A stretch of 64,000 bases of DNA, from assembly GCA_038087875.1 (NCBI GenBank), contig CM075987.1, forward strand, positions 17,858,001-17,922,000, written 5' to 3'. This DNA comes from Malacoraja senta (lineage: Eukaryota). A program made the position numbers and the translations under genes. The notes beneath the pieces were generated by a model that made no database searches, had not been told where the DNA came from, and was given only the letters and a program-made list of their open reading frames with translations. Each line of letters starts with the position of its first letter. The first letter of the stretch is position 1. Below are positions 37,501-50,079 of the stretch, one piece after another.

Positions 37501-40500
37501 ATATCCTTCGGTGTTGTTAATAATTCCCCTTTATCTGATTTGATCTTTGGTATAGTATGTTCCTTTTCTCATTTTTTTAGCTGGCGAGCCAAAAGTTTAT
37601 GCGGTTTATCCCCAAATTCAAAGTGCTCTTGTTTTGTAATTTGAAAAAAGTCTTATAAGTTTGGCAGATAATAATTTATTTAATTTAAATTTCAAAATTA
37701 TTATTTTATTATGTTTATCTATTGATGGATCTTTAGCATTATCTATATCCATTTGTCTAATAAGTTCTTCTAACTGTCTTTGTTCATTCTTATTCTTTTT
37801 ATTTTGAAAAGCTTGATATGAAATTATAATACCCCTAATGTATGCTTTAAAAGATTCCCATAATACAGTAGGCGATATATCTGAAGTATCATTTATTTGA
37901 AAAAAGACCTCCATTTGTTCTTTTAAATATATACTCGCTTGTGGATCTTTTAGAATTTGAGAATTAAATCTCCAAAACGATTTATTCTTAGACAATCCTT
38001 CCAGTTTTAAAAAGAAAGTTAGTGGAGAATGGTCTGAAATCGAGTTTGTGTGGTATATTGCATTAGATGTTTGGGGGATTAATTTTGTATCCAGCAGAAA
38101 GTAGTCTATACGTGAGTATGTCTTATGTACCATTGAGTAAAACGAGTATTCCCTGCCAGTTGGATTAACAATTCTCCAAACATCTGCTATATTAGTGTTG
38201 TTTATATAGGTATTGAGAAGTTCCCCAGTTTTCGATTTCATATTCCCTCTCTGTTTTTGACTTGATTTATCTAAGTACGGATCTAAAACACGGTTAAAGT
38301 CTCCTCCTATTATAACATTTTGCTAGTTTGACTCTACAATTATGTTGAAAATTTTATTGAAAAAGTGGGGGTTATCAAAGTTAGGGGCATATATATTTAC
38401 CAAAGTAAGTGGAGTGTCATGGATTTCTCCATTAACTATTAGGTATCTCCCTTCTATATCTGTTATGATATTCTTTGCTTTAAATGGTATACCTTTTCTT
38501 ATAATGATTGACGTGCCTCTAGATTTTGAAGTAAATGAAGAATGGTATGTTTGACCTATCCATTTCGCCCTCAACCTAACTTGATCCTGAGATTTTAGGT
38601 GTGTTTCTTGTAGGAAGGTAATGTCGGAGTTGTACAGTTTCAGCTGAGCTAGTATCTTACCCCTTTTAATAGGTTCGTTAATACCTCTTATATTCCAACT
38701 ACAAAATGAGATTCCTCCTAGGTTCTTTTGTGTGGTGTCATGCATTTTGATTAATTATAGTACCTTTAAATCTTGTGGTGCATCCATATCCCAGGTCTTT
38801 AGGTATTGGGGGAGCTTTTGAGTTTTTAAATTTTGCTGGTATGTCCATTTTACGCTTATCACTAAACACAAAACACAAACAAGTGATTTTATGTGATAAA
38901 AAAAAGACTAAAAAAGTGAAGATACAGTGTCTGATATAGTCGGCACTGTAGCGAGTGTCCCACCTGTAGGTGGGAAAAAACCTTGTTTTGACTTCCATTG
39001 CATTGTTACACAAATAGCTCCGCTCTCTTGGTTAATCATAACATATTAAAATATTAAAACGGGGCCTCACATTCAGATATATAATACAAATTTACCCTGT
39101 ATATTTCATTATAACATATATATATATATCGGAATTTTAACTACTAATTATTAAACCGATACTTTTGACTTCAATAAGAATCAACTGTTGGTTGAAGGGG
39201 TTAACGAGACGTGCCCCTGGACCTAAGCCAGGTGCTCGTTTCTCATCCCCTCCTCCCACTTATAGATAAGGTTTCAATTTATTAAAAATTCATATTAGTA
39301 TGTTAGTTCGTTATTTTTTATTTTTGTTTTTGTTAGTATTCTAATCTAACATGCATAACTTATTAAGTTGTTAATAGGATAAGTTCTTACAATTGGTTAT
39401 AATATTATAATCTAATAAGCAATTGTATGCTTTCTGGTATATACCATTCCCATCTGTTCAGCTGTTTACTCGTTTTGAACAGAAAGTGTCCTTGATTCAA
39501 CATTCCAAAGATAACCGTGTAACTATCCCCAGACAAAGCATTGCTTAAAATGGTTCAGGTCTGCCAAACCTCCCTTTCATTTCTATTTTTCAACGATAGT
39601 TTGGGCATATTTAAACGCGTCTTCAGGCTTAACAAATGACTTTTCCAGACCCTTAAAGGAAATACGCATTTTCGCGGGATAAAAAATCCCATATCTGATC
39701 CCTTCTCTCCCTCTTAAAAGATCTTTAACCTTCTCAAATTTGTTTCTTTTTTGCACAATTTCATACGGGTAGTCCCTGAATATCTTAATAGTATCATTGT
39801 CCAGCCGCAGTTGCACACCGTATTTGATTTTACTCATAACATCTTCCAGTTCTAAAATGTCCCGAAATTTCACAATAATATGTCATGGATAAGTTTTTCC
39901 CGCACCAGATCTTTGTTTAAATCTTGGGACACGATGAGCCACTTTGATTTTCGGTTCTTTGGAAAGATTCAGCAGTTGTTTAAACAAGCCCATGGCAAAC
40001 TCACGTACATCCTCCCCTTCGGCTCCCTCTGAAACTCCAAGAATTCTCAAATTCTGGCGTCTAGAGCGAGCTTCCAGGTCCAGGCATTTGACTGAGACTT
40101 TCTCCAGTTGAGTCACCATCTGTAGTGAAGTTTGTTCGTTTTCTCGCCTCATTTGCTCATGTTCTTGCCTCATTTTCGCCATGTCTTCAACCACTCGAGC
40201 CGTGTTTTTCTCCAATTCCGTAATTGTGCGCATACTTGCAGCTACTGTTTCAAGCACAGCCGTGAACTTATCCGTAGTAGTTTCATCCATCTTGTCCATT
40301 CTCTCTGATAGTCCATCTTTCACCTCATCAATTCGTTTATTCATAATGTCCAGTGAATCAATCATATTCTTCTGGTTACCAGCATTTAAATCCCTCATCA
40401 TCTTCTCCATTCCTTCCATCATTTTTGCCATATTTTCCTTCATTTCCTTCTTATCTTCCTTCATATTTTCCTTCATTTCCTTCTTATCTTCCTTCATATT

Positions 40501-40924
40501 TTCCTTCATATTTTCCATCATAATTTTATTTTCGTCCAAAATCTCATCTTTCATATTTTTCACTGATTTCTTCAAGTCATCAAACTCTTTCTTAGATCTT
40601 GTATCCATTTCTGCAGCCACTTCAGAGACTTCAGAGACTTCAGAGGTAACTTCTGCTTCAGACTTCCTCTGGTCTTTCAGCAGCTTTTTCACTGCTCTCT
40701 GAGGGCTCACAGCTGGAGACAGTTTACTCATTTAAAGGGCTTCAAACCACCGTTTAAAACATCGCGCTTAATGATGACGTCATCAGCGCGGCGACCAGAA
40801 GCTCCGGTAAGGTTTTTAAAAACAATCCCGATTTCTGGACCCGTTTTACACGATAAATCGTGAAGTTTTTCGGGAGAGGAGCTAGGTGCACGTCTGTTAG
40901 TCCAACATGGCGCCACCGGAAGTC
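34564..40924 (-). mobile_element. Full-length L1 LINE, copy 2 (same family as copy 1), disabled
   Basis: 19-bp TSD ATGATCTGAGTAACTTTCC at 34545-34563 and 40925-40943. ORF1 39583-40731 has a CGA>TGA stop at 39883. ORF2 34953-38745 has a stop at 38323, a frameshift near 37645 and a stop near 37570. Sits in an old minus-strand CR1 remnant. Confidence 0.95.
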
Positions 40925-41074
40925 ATGATCTGAGTAACTTTCCAACCACAGATGTTACTCACTGGCGTATAGTTCCCACGCTTTTCCTGCAGGCCATTTT
41001 AAATAGAGGCACAACATTTGACCCCCTCTGGTCTTCCAGCACCTCGGCTGTATTTAATGACTCTTAAATCTCAC

Positions 41075-41446
41075 CCAGGGCACCTGCAATTTGCTAGCAA
41101 ACGTGTCTCCCAGGATATTGGTTCCCCTCCTGTTAAGGTGCAACCGATCCTTACTGCAGAGGTCACATCTGCCCCTGAAGAGAATCCCTGCCCCAACTCC
41201 TCAGCCACACGTTCATCTCCCCATCTTCCAGTTCCTACCCTCACTATCACGTGGCAATGGAAACAATCCAGAGATCACTTTCCTGGAGGTCGTGCTTTTT
41301 AGCCTTTTATCTAACTCCCGATACTCATTTTGCAGAAGGTCCTTCCTGTTCCTGGCTATGTCATTTGTGCCAACATGCATAACGACTTCCGGCTGCTCCC
41401 CGTCCCGCGAGAATGTCATACAACCGCACCGAGACGTCATGGACCC
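41075..41446 (-). mobile_element. Degenerate CR1 ORF1 (SGNH esterase) fragment
   Basis: EVVMHVGTNDI...VISGLFP motif. Confidence 0.75.
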
Positions 41447-41526
41447 GGAGAGAGCTATGTCAGGTAACGCCGTAGTGGTAGGTGCTCAATAGAGGGTGTG
41501 CACGTAAGGTCACTGGGTCATAGGTT

Positions 41527-42299
41527 CGCCCTTAACTCCAAGAAGACCAAGGAGCTCATTGTAGACTTCAGGAAGTCTAGGGGCGGCACGTACACCCCCA
41601 TCCACATTAACGGGACGGAGGTGGAACGTGTTTCCAGCTTCAGGTTCCTGGGGGTCAACATCTCCGATGACCTCTCTTGGACCCACAATACATCAACTCT
41701 GGTCAAGAAGGCTCACCAGTGTCTCTTCTTCCTGAGGAGACTAAAGAAGGTCCATCTGTCTCCTCAGATTCTGGTGAACTTCTACCGCTGCACCATCGAG
41801 AGCATCCTTACCAACTGCATCACAGTATGGTATGGCAACTGCTCTGTCTCCGACCGGAAAGCACTGCAGAGGGTGGTGAAAATTGCCCAACGCATCACCG
41901 GTTCCTCACTCCCCTCCATTGAGTCTGTCCAAAGCAAGCGTTGTCTGCGAAGGGCGTGCAGCATCGCCAAGGACTGCTCTCACCCCAACCACAGACTGTT
42001 TACCCTCCTACCATCCGGGAGGCGCTACCGGTTTCTCCGTTGCCGGACCAGCATGTCCAGGAACAGCTTCTTCCCTGCGGCTGTTACACTACTCAACAAT
42101 GTACCTCGGTGACTGCCAATCACCCCCCCCCGGACACTCCTCCCACCAGGAAAAAATACTATGACTGTATGCACGTAAATAGATTTATTTATTGCTCATA
42201 TTTATGTCGCTCTTCTAGGGAGATGCTAACTGTATTTCATTGTCTCTGTACTGTACACTGCACAATGACAATAAAAGATAAATCTGAATCTGAATCTGA
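41527..42299 (+). mobile_element. Rex1/Babar-like LINE 3' fragment
   Basis: LNSKKTKELIVDFRK...FRFLGVNISDDLSW...HRLFTLLPSGRRY; AATAAA and (GAATCT)n tail. Confidence 0.82.
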
Positions 42300-44850
42300 T
42301 AGGGCTTGATGCACGGGGCCGCTCAATCCATCTGGAAGACATCTGTAACTTCCGGTATATGTTATTAATGCAAGAAACGCATACCTTCCTACCTGTTAAA
42401 AAACACCAAAATGTTGTATTTTTGCGCTGTAAAAAATTGTGGAAGTCGGGGTAAGTGTGAGAGACATGTACCCAACTTCAGAATTCCAAAAGTGAAGCGA
42501 AATGAAGGTAAAGAGAAGCGAGAGCTGAAGGGACAACAGCAGCTAAAGTGCTTGGCGACCATTGGCCGTGCAGATATCGTAATTGAAAATATTGGGAATT
42601 ATCGCGTTTGCTCACTGCATTTCATCAACAGTAAGGCATTATTTGTGGTTTTTCTTGATTCCTTTGGTATCTACAAAGTCTCAGAAGTGATCAATCTGGT
42701 TGTAAATTGTGCTTCAGAGGCGTTTTCTTTTTGGATGTAAAAACCCACGAGAACCAGGGGCGATTTTAAACTTTTACAGCCAGATTTATCACTTCTGAAA
42801 CTTTTTAGATTCCAAAGGAATCAATAAAAAGCACAAATAATGCCTTAGTTGATGAAATGCAGTGAGCAAACGGCCAATGTTCGCCAAGCACTCTGGCTGT
42901 TGTTGTCCCTTCAGCTCTCGCTTCTATTTTTACGCTTGCCAGGAAGCTACAGAATAACAACCTTACTAACTTCTGGAAAGAGGTCAAAGTAATGAATAAC
43001 AGTAAAACACCCCCACCGTCTGACAGTGAAGGTGTTAGTAGCCCAGAAACAATAGCTGAGAGTTGTCGTGGGCACTACCGTCACCTGTTTAACTGTTAAA
43101 AGTAACCCAGTTAGAATCAATCATGAACATATAGATCTCTCTGTAGATATGGTAGTTAGTGCAGCAGATGTCTATGATGTCATTAACATGTTGGATAACA
43201 ACAAAGCCTGCGGTATGGACTGCATTACTGCAGAACATCTAAAATATGCCAGCTATAAGCTCTGCCCTTTGCTTGCCATGTGCTTTAATGGTTGTCTGGT
43301 TCATGGTGTCCTGCCAAATGCTATTATGTCTGTAATGTTAGTGCCTGTGCTTAAAGATAAGGCTGGTAAGCTCAACAGTATTGATAATTACCGACCTATT
43401 GCATTAGCCAGTATCTTATCTAAAGTATTGGAGAGAATACTGTTGACAAAGCTAGAAATGTATGTCCTTACTACTGACAATCAGTTTGGGTTCAAAAGAA
43501 AACATGGAACTGACCTGTGTATCTATGCTCTTAAAGAGATTGTGTTCAGGTACACAAGCCTGAATTCATCTGTATTTCTATGTTTTATTGATGCGTCCAA
43601 GGCATTTGATAGAATTAATCATGAACAATTGTTTGTAAAATTGCTAGATAGAGGTGCCCCTAAATTCTTAGTGAGAATTTTAGTGTTTTGGTATGCCCAT
43701 CAAACGTTTCAGGTTAAATGGGACAATGTTGTATCTGCTCCATTCTGTGTTAGTAACGGAGTGCGGCAAGGAGGAATTTTGTCTCCTATTTTATTTAATG
43801 TTTATATGGATGAATTGTCAAATCAGTTAAATAGGTTAAAAACTGGCTGTCTTGTGGGCAACACTATTGTTAATCATCTTATGTATGCAGACGACCTGGT
43901 CCTGCTCTGTCCATATAGTGTTGGGCTGCAGCAGATGCTGAAGGTGTGCTCTCAGTATGGCCTTGATTATGACATAAAGTATAACGCTAAGAAAAGCCGC
44001 ATAATGATAGTTAGAAGCGCTGAGGACAGGAAATCAACTTTTCCGACTTTTTATTTGTCAGACAGTCCTCTTGCTGTGTGTGAGGAAATTAAATACCTAG
44101 GTCATGTCATATCTGATGACTGGACGGATGACAAAGACCTCTACCGACACCGCTGTCACATTTATCTTCAAGCTAACATGCTTATAAGGAAGTTTTCTAT
44201 GTGCTCTGACTCTGTGAAGTGTTCCCTGTTCAGAACCTACATCACACCGTTATATACTGCTCAATTGTGGTCTAATTATAAGAAAAAGAGTATGCAGAGG
44301 CTCAAGGTAGCATACAATGACGCAATGAGGTTGCTACTTGATGTCCCTAGATGGCATAGTGCCAGTCAATTGTTTGTGTCCACTAGAGTGCCAACCTGTG
44401 AGGCACTCTTAAGACAGCTGATGTTTAGTTTTATGTGTCGCCTGGATAAGTCAGAGAACCACATAATTGAAGCCCTAGTCAGCCCTCTGAAAAGCTGTTA
44501 TAGATTCACTTCTAGGCTAAGACGGCATTGGTGCAATAGCTTGTATATCTTATAGGCTAATATGTAATTTTATATGTATTTTTGTATCTCCTTATACTGT
44601 TTGATGTGTTCTATGGACCTGTGTCTGAAATAAAGCTTTAATAATAATAAAATATCTACCGTCATTTCTCCTCACGTTTGGAATTCTGAAGTAGGATAAA
44701 TGTCTCTCACGCTTATCCCGATTTCCATAATGATTTACAGTGCAAAAATGGTCAGTGCTTACCTGCAGTTCATCGCGTGTACTCCAGTTGGTGTAGCGTA
44801 GCAACAGTATGGGTCATGGGTCATGTCTCGACTGCCATGAAACCTCCCTA
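42300..44850. mobile_element. THAP-domain-bearing fold-back DNA transposon remnant (boundaries approximate)
   Basis: 42411-42630 encodes CAVKNC...FRIP...RVCSLHF (C2CH THAP). An inverted copy lies at 42772-42930 plus 44653-44750. Confidence 0.65.
42933..44652 (+). mobile_element. Non-LTR retrotransposon 3' portion (RTEX-like), RT frame nearly intact
   Basis: 495-aa ORF with NYRPIAL, QFGFK, FIDASKAFDRINH, GVRQGGILSP and YADD; (TAA)n tail. Clade assignment is inferred. Confidence 0.8.
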
Positions 44851-44852
44851 TA

Positions 44853-46240
44853 GTGAGAGATGTGGACAGGAGATTCTGCGGCAACAGGCGAGACTCAAGG
44901 ATGGTGTGTTGCCCCCCTGGTGTCAGGGTCCAAGACGTCTCGGAACCGATTGCTGAGCATCCTCAAGGGGAAGGGGAGCAGCCGGAAGTGGTTGTGCTTG
45001 TGGGCAAAAATGATGTCGGGAAGAAGAGGAAGGAGGTTCTGCAACGTGAGTTTAGAGATTTAGGCTTAAAAGCAGGACCTTGAGGGTGGATATCTCTGGG
45101 TTGCTTCCAGTACCTCGTGCTAGTGAGGGCAGGAACAGGGAGGTAGGGGATCTGAATGTGTGGCTGAGGGGCTGGAGCAGGATCGGACTTTGTTCGCTCA
45201 TGCGCGGCGCAATCCGACACGCAAGAAACCGCATTTTGCCCGTGACTTAAAATGAGTTAAAATGAGTTTGGCTCCCTTGATCTGGGGTGACAGGAGAACT
45301 GAAGGAAATTCAAGTTAGTCAGGAAATGGTGTTGGATAGACTGATGGGACTGAAGGCTGATAAATCCCCAGGGCCTGATGGTCTGCATCCCAACGTACTT
45401 AAGGAAATGGCTCTAGAAATCGTGGATGCATTGGTGATAATTTTCCAATATTCTATAGACTCAGAATCAGTTCCTGTGGATTGGAGGGTAGCTAATGTTA
45501 TCCCACTTTTTAAGAAAACAGGGAATTATAGACCAGTTAGCCTGACATCGGTGGTGGGGAAGATGCTGGAGTCAGTTATAAAAGATGAGATAGCCGAACA
45601 TTTGGATAGTAGTAACAGGATCAGTCCGAGTCAGCATGGATTTACGAAGGGGGAATCATGCTTGACTAATCTTCTGGAATGTTTTGAGGATGTAACTAGG
45701 AAAATGGACAAGGGAGAGTCAGTGGATGTAGTGTACCTGGACTTACAGAAGCCTTTGATTTGGTGGACAAAGTTAGAGCATATGGTATTGGGGGTAGAGT
45801 GCTGACATGGATAGAAAATTGGTTGGCAGACAGGAAACAAAGAGTAGGGATTAACGGGACCCTTTCAGAATGGCAGGCAGTGACTAGTGGGGTACCGCAA
45901 GGCTTGGTGCTGGGACCGCAGCTATTTACAATATACATCAATGATTTGGATGAAGTGATTCAAAGTAACATTAGCAAATTTGCAGATGACACAAAGCTGG
46001 GTGGCAGTGTGAACTGTGAGGAGGATGCTATGAGAATGCAGGGTGACTTGGACAGGTTGGGGGAGTGGGCAGATGCATGGCAGATGAAGTTTAATGCGGA
46101 TAAGTGTGAGGTTATCCACTTTGGTAGCAAAAACAGGAAGGCAGATTACTATCTATATGGCCTCAAGTTGGGAAAAGGGGAAGTACAATGGGATCTGGGG
46201 GTCCTTGTACATCAGTCTATGAAAGTAAGCGTGCAGGTAC
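44853..46240 (+). mobile_element. Degenerate CR1 pieces (ORF1 fragment 44853-45180; RT fragment about 45283-46240)
   Basis: DRRFCG...RMVCCPPG and EVVVLVGKND; KSPGPDGLHP, GVPQG and FADD. Confidence 0.82.
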
Positions 46241-46307
46241 AGGGTGGAGGGAGGAGGAGGGGGGAGAGAGAGGGCGGCAGAGATGAGGGGGCAGAGATAG
46301 AGGGGGC

Positions 46308-46341
<34 letters not shown>

Positions 46342-46934
46342 AGATGGAGAGAGGGGAGGGGAGAGAGGGGCGGGGAGATAAAAAGGCAGAGACAGAAAGA
46401 GAGAGAGGGGCAGAGAGAGAGAGAGGGGAGGCAGAGAGAGAGAGAGAGAGAGGGGGCAGAGAAGGACCGAGGACACGAGACGGACTCGAACGGCCTGAGA
46501 CGGACCCTAGTGACCCGAGACGGATCCGAGAGCTCATTTATCACTTGCAGTGCGTGGAACACAACGCCATTGTGATGTCATCATCGAGAGACAGACATTT
46601 ATTTCCCAAAGTCATTAATAACTCGAGAAGTAAAGCATTAATTTTTCAGAAAGGCGTTTTGGACCACGGAAAAAATCTCTACCGGAATATGTACATTTTT
46701 TACCGTTAGCGCATCGAGAATATATGATTTTTACACACACACACACACACACACACATCCAAGATCAGACTTTTAATAATTAGTAGACTAAGAGGGACCC
46801 GTTGGATCCCATTCCCTCAACGCGCGGTTGCGACGGGGTGGGGGGCGGGCGGCGGCCTGCAGCATCACACAGACTAACCACACCCACCACACTAACTATC
46901 CCCCTCCCCACACACACACAAACCATCCCCCTTG

Positions 46935-48491
46935 AGACGGGGAAGAGGGTGAGAGAAAGAGGGGGGAGAGAGGAGGAGGAGAGAGGGGGGAGAGGGGGGG
47001 GAGAGGGGGGGGGGTTGAGAGAGGGGGAGAGGGGGAGAGGGGGAGGAGAGGTAGGAGGGGGGTAGTGAGGGGGGAGGGTGGGTTGAGGGGGGTGAGGGGG
47101 GTGTAAGAGAGGCCAGGGGAGGGGGGTGGAAGGGAGGCCGGGGGTGTGTAAGAGAGTGGGGAGAGAGGGGGGAGAGAGGGGGTTGATAGCGGGGGGAGAG
47201 AGGGGTTGATAAAGGAGGAGAGAGGAGGGGAGAGAGGGGGGAGTTGTGGGGGGAGAGAGGAGGGAGAAAGAGGAGGGAGAGAGAGGGGGAGGAGGAGGGG
47301 GGAGGAGGAGGGGGATAGATGGGTAGGGGGAGAGAGAGGAGGGGTGAGAGAGGGGGGAGGGTGAGGGGGGAGAGGTGGGTGTAAGAGGCCGGAGGGGAGG
47401 GGGAAGAGTGGGGGGAAGGGGGAAGAGAGAGGGGGGGAGAGGGGGGGGGAGAGGGGGGAGAGAGAGGCAGAGAGAGGGGGGGAGAGAATGGGGGAGAGTG
47501 GGCGGGGGGAGGGAGGGGAGAGAGCTGGGGGAGAGAGAGGGGGAGAGAATGGGGAGGTGGGGTGGGAGGGGGGGAGAGGAGGGTGGAAGAGAGTCCGGGG
47601 GTGTGGAAGAGAGAGGGGAGAGAGGAGGGGAGAGAGAGGAGAGGGGTGAGAGAGGAGGGGGAGAGTTGGGGGGGAAGAGAGGGGGAGGAGAGAGAGGGGG
47701 AAGAGGGGGCAGAGGGGGCGGGGAGAAAGGGGGGGCAGAGAGGGGGGAGAGAGGGGTGGAAGGGGGGAAGCGGGAGAGAGAGGAGGGGTGAGAGAGGGGG
47801 GATGGTGAAGGGGGCACGGTGGGGGAGAGGGAGGAACGAGAGTGGGGGAGGGGGGAGAGAGAGGTGGGGTAGAGTGTGGGGGGGAGAGAGTGAGGGGGAG
47901 AGAGTGGGGAGAGAGGGGGGAGAGAGGGCGAGTGGGTGAGGGTGGTGGGGAGGGAGGTGGATAGAGGGGGGGGAGAGAGAGGGGGAGAGAGAGGGGGAGA
48001 GAGAGGGGGAGAGAGAGAGGAGGTGTGGAGAGAGGGTGGGGAGAGGGGGGAGAGAGGGGGGAGAGAGGGGGGGAGAGAGGGGGGTAGTGAGGGGGGAGAG
48101 AGGGGGGAGAGAGGGGGGTGAGATGGGGGGAGAGAGAGGGTGGTGAGGTGAGAGTGGGGGAGAGAGGGGGAAGGGGGGGGAGAGAGGGGGGAGAGGTGGA
48201 TAGAGAGGGGGGAGAGAGAGAGGGGGTTGAGAGGGGAAAGAGAGAGAGGGAGGGGGAGGGGGAGGGGGAGAGAGAGGGAGAGAGGGGAGGGGGAGGAGAG
48301 GAGCTGAGGGGGGAAGGTTGGGGAGATAGGGGGAGAGCGGGTAAGAGGGGAGATGGGGAGGGGGTGGAGGTGGGGGGTGGGGGTGGGGGAGATTGGGGGA
48401 GAGGAGTGGGAGGTGAAGGGGCAAGGGGGAGATGGTGGATGGGGGGGTGGGGGGGTAGAGGTCAGGGGGGGCGGTGAAAGAGAGGCCTGGG

Positions 48492-48564
<73 letters not shown>

Positions 48565-48960
48565 GGGGAGAGGGGGAGAGGGGGAGAGGGGGAGAGGGGG
48601 AGAGGGGGAGAGGGGAGAGGGGGAGAGGGGGAGAGGGGGAGAGGGGGGAGAGGGGGAGAGGGGGAGAGGGGGAGAGGGGGAGAGGGGAGCCGTGAGAAAG
48701 CAACGCCGGAGCGTCTTTTAAATAACGGGGGTGTGGAGGGAGAGGTGGGGGTGGAGAGAAGAGGGGCGGAGGAGTTTTGGGGAGAGAGGAGGGGTGGGTG
48801 AGTGGAGGGGGGGCAGAGGAGGGGGGTGCGGAGGGGGGGAGTAGTGGGGGAGGGGGGTGAGAGTGCTGCATTTGTTGAATAACGAGGGGGCGAGGGAGAG
48901 GTGGGGGGGAGAGGTGGGGGGGGGGGAGAGGTGGGGGGGGGAGGGGTGGGGGGGGGTGGG
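46935..48960 (+). repeat. GA-rich polypurine low-complexity tract including (GA)n at about 48497-48558
   Basis: About 2 kb almost exclusively G and A on the + strand. Confidence 0.95.
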
Positions 48961-49703
48961 ACGTCACTCGCAGCGAGCAGATCCAACACAGCAGCGGCAG
49001 CACGCAGAGCCTTTGTGACGTCATCAGCCAAAGTCAGCCAGTTTTCTTTCTACTTTCTTTCTTTCTATTTTTCTCATATTTGAACATTAATAACTCAAGA
49101 AATAAAGCATGAATTTTTCAGATAAGACTGTCCACGGGATAAATCTCGACCGGAATGTGCACAAGCCTTACCATTAGTGCGTCTTTTTTTCGATAAAATA
49201 TGATTATACACACACACCACATCCCCATACAAGATCAGAGTTGTAATAATTACTGGACCAAGAAGGACCCGTTGGATTCCATCCCCCCAATACGCGGTTG
49301 TGGGGGGGAGGGGGCGGCCTGCGGTGTCACATACACACACTAACCATCCCCATTGATATTATATTAATACTAGACCAAGTGCAGACCCGTTGGGTCTGTT
49401 TCCCCAACGCGCGTTTGCGGGGGGGGGGAGGGGGGCTGCGGCGTCACACTAACCCCCCCCCCCCGTTTGGTCTGTTCCTCCAAAGCACGGTTGCATGGTG
49501 TGAATCTTGCACCCACAAACACACACACTCATCACACGCCTTGATATTATCTTAATTTTATTAATTGGCTTCTTTCATCCCATCTCCACCCTATCCACTG
49601 ACGAATAGCCCTCACCTCTCAGGTGCGTCTAGAGGGGGGGGGGGAGAGAGAGTGTGCACAGACGGGCGTGCATGAGTCGAGCCGCGGGCTGTGAAGAGAG
49701 AAG

Positions 49704-49757
<54 letters not shown>

Positions 49758-49773
49758 AGAGGCAGAGAGACTG

Positions 49774-49981
49774 GTACACAAAAAAAAGCTGGAGAAACTC
49801 AGCGGGTGCAACAGCATCTATGGAGCGAAGGAAATAGGCAACATGCGGGCCGAAACCCGGGTTTCGGCCCGAAACGTTGCCTATTTCCTTCGATGCATAG
49901 ATGTTGCTGCACCCGCTGAGTTTCTCCAGCTTTTTTTTGTGTACCTTCGATTTTCCAGCATCTGCAGTTCCTTCTTAAAGA
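49774..49981. mobile_element. Palindromic Penelope-like remnant inside a Helitron unit
   Basis: Near-perfect hairpin centred on GAAACCCGGGTTTC; 11-bp TSD CAGAGAGACTG at 49763-49773 and 49982-49992. Confidence 0.75.
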
Positions 49982-50079
49982 CAGAGAGACTGTTGGAGGG
50001 CTGTTTTTCCAACGCGCGTTTGCGGGGGGGGGGGGGCGGGCTGCGGCATCACACTCACACTAACCACCCCCCAAACACA

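Noticed and set aside
42411..42740. Host THAP-domain gene
   Set aside because: The conserved Trp position reads Cys, the sequence is duplicated as an inverted arm, and no downstream exons are visible. A transposon remnant fits better.
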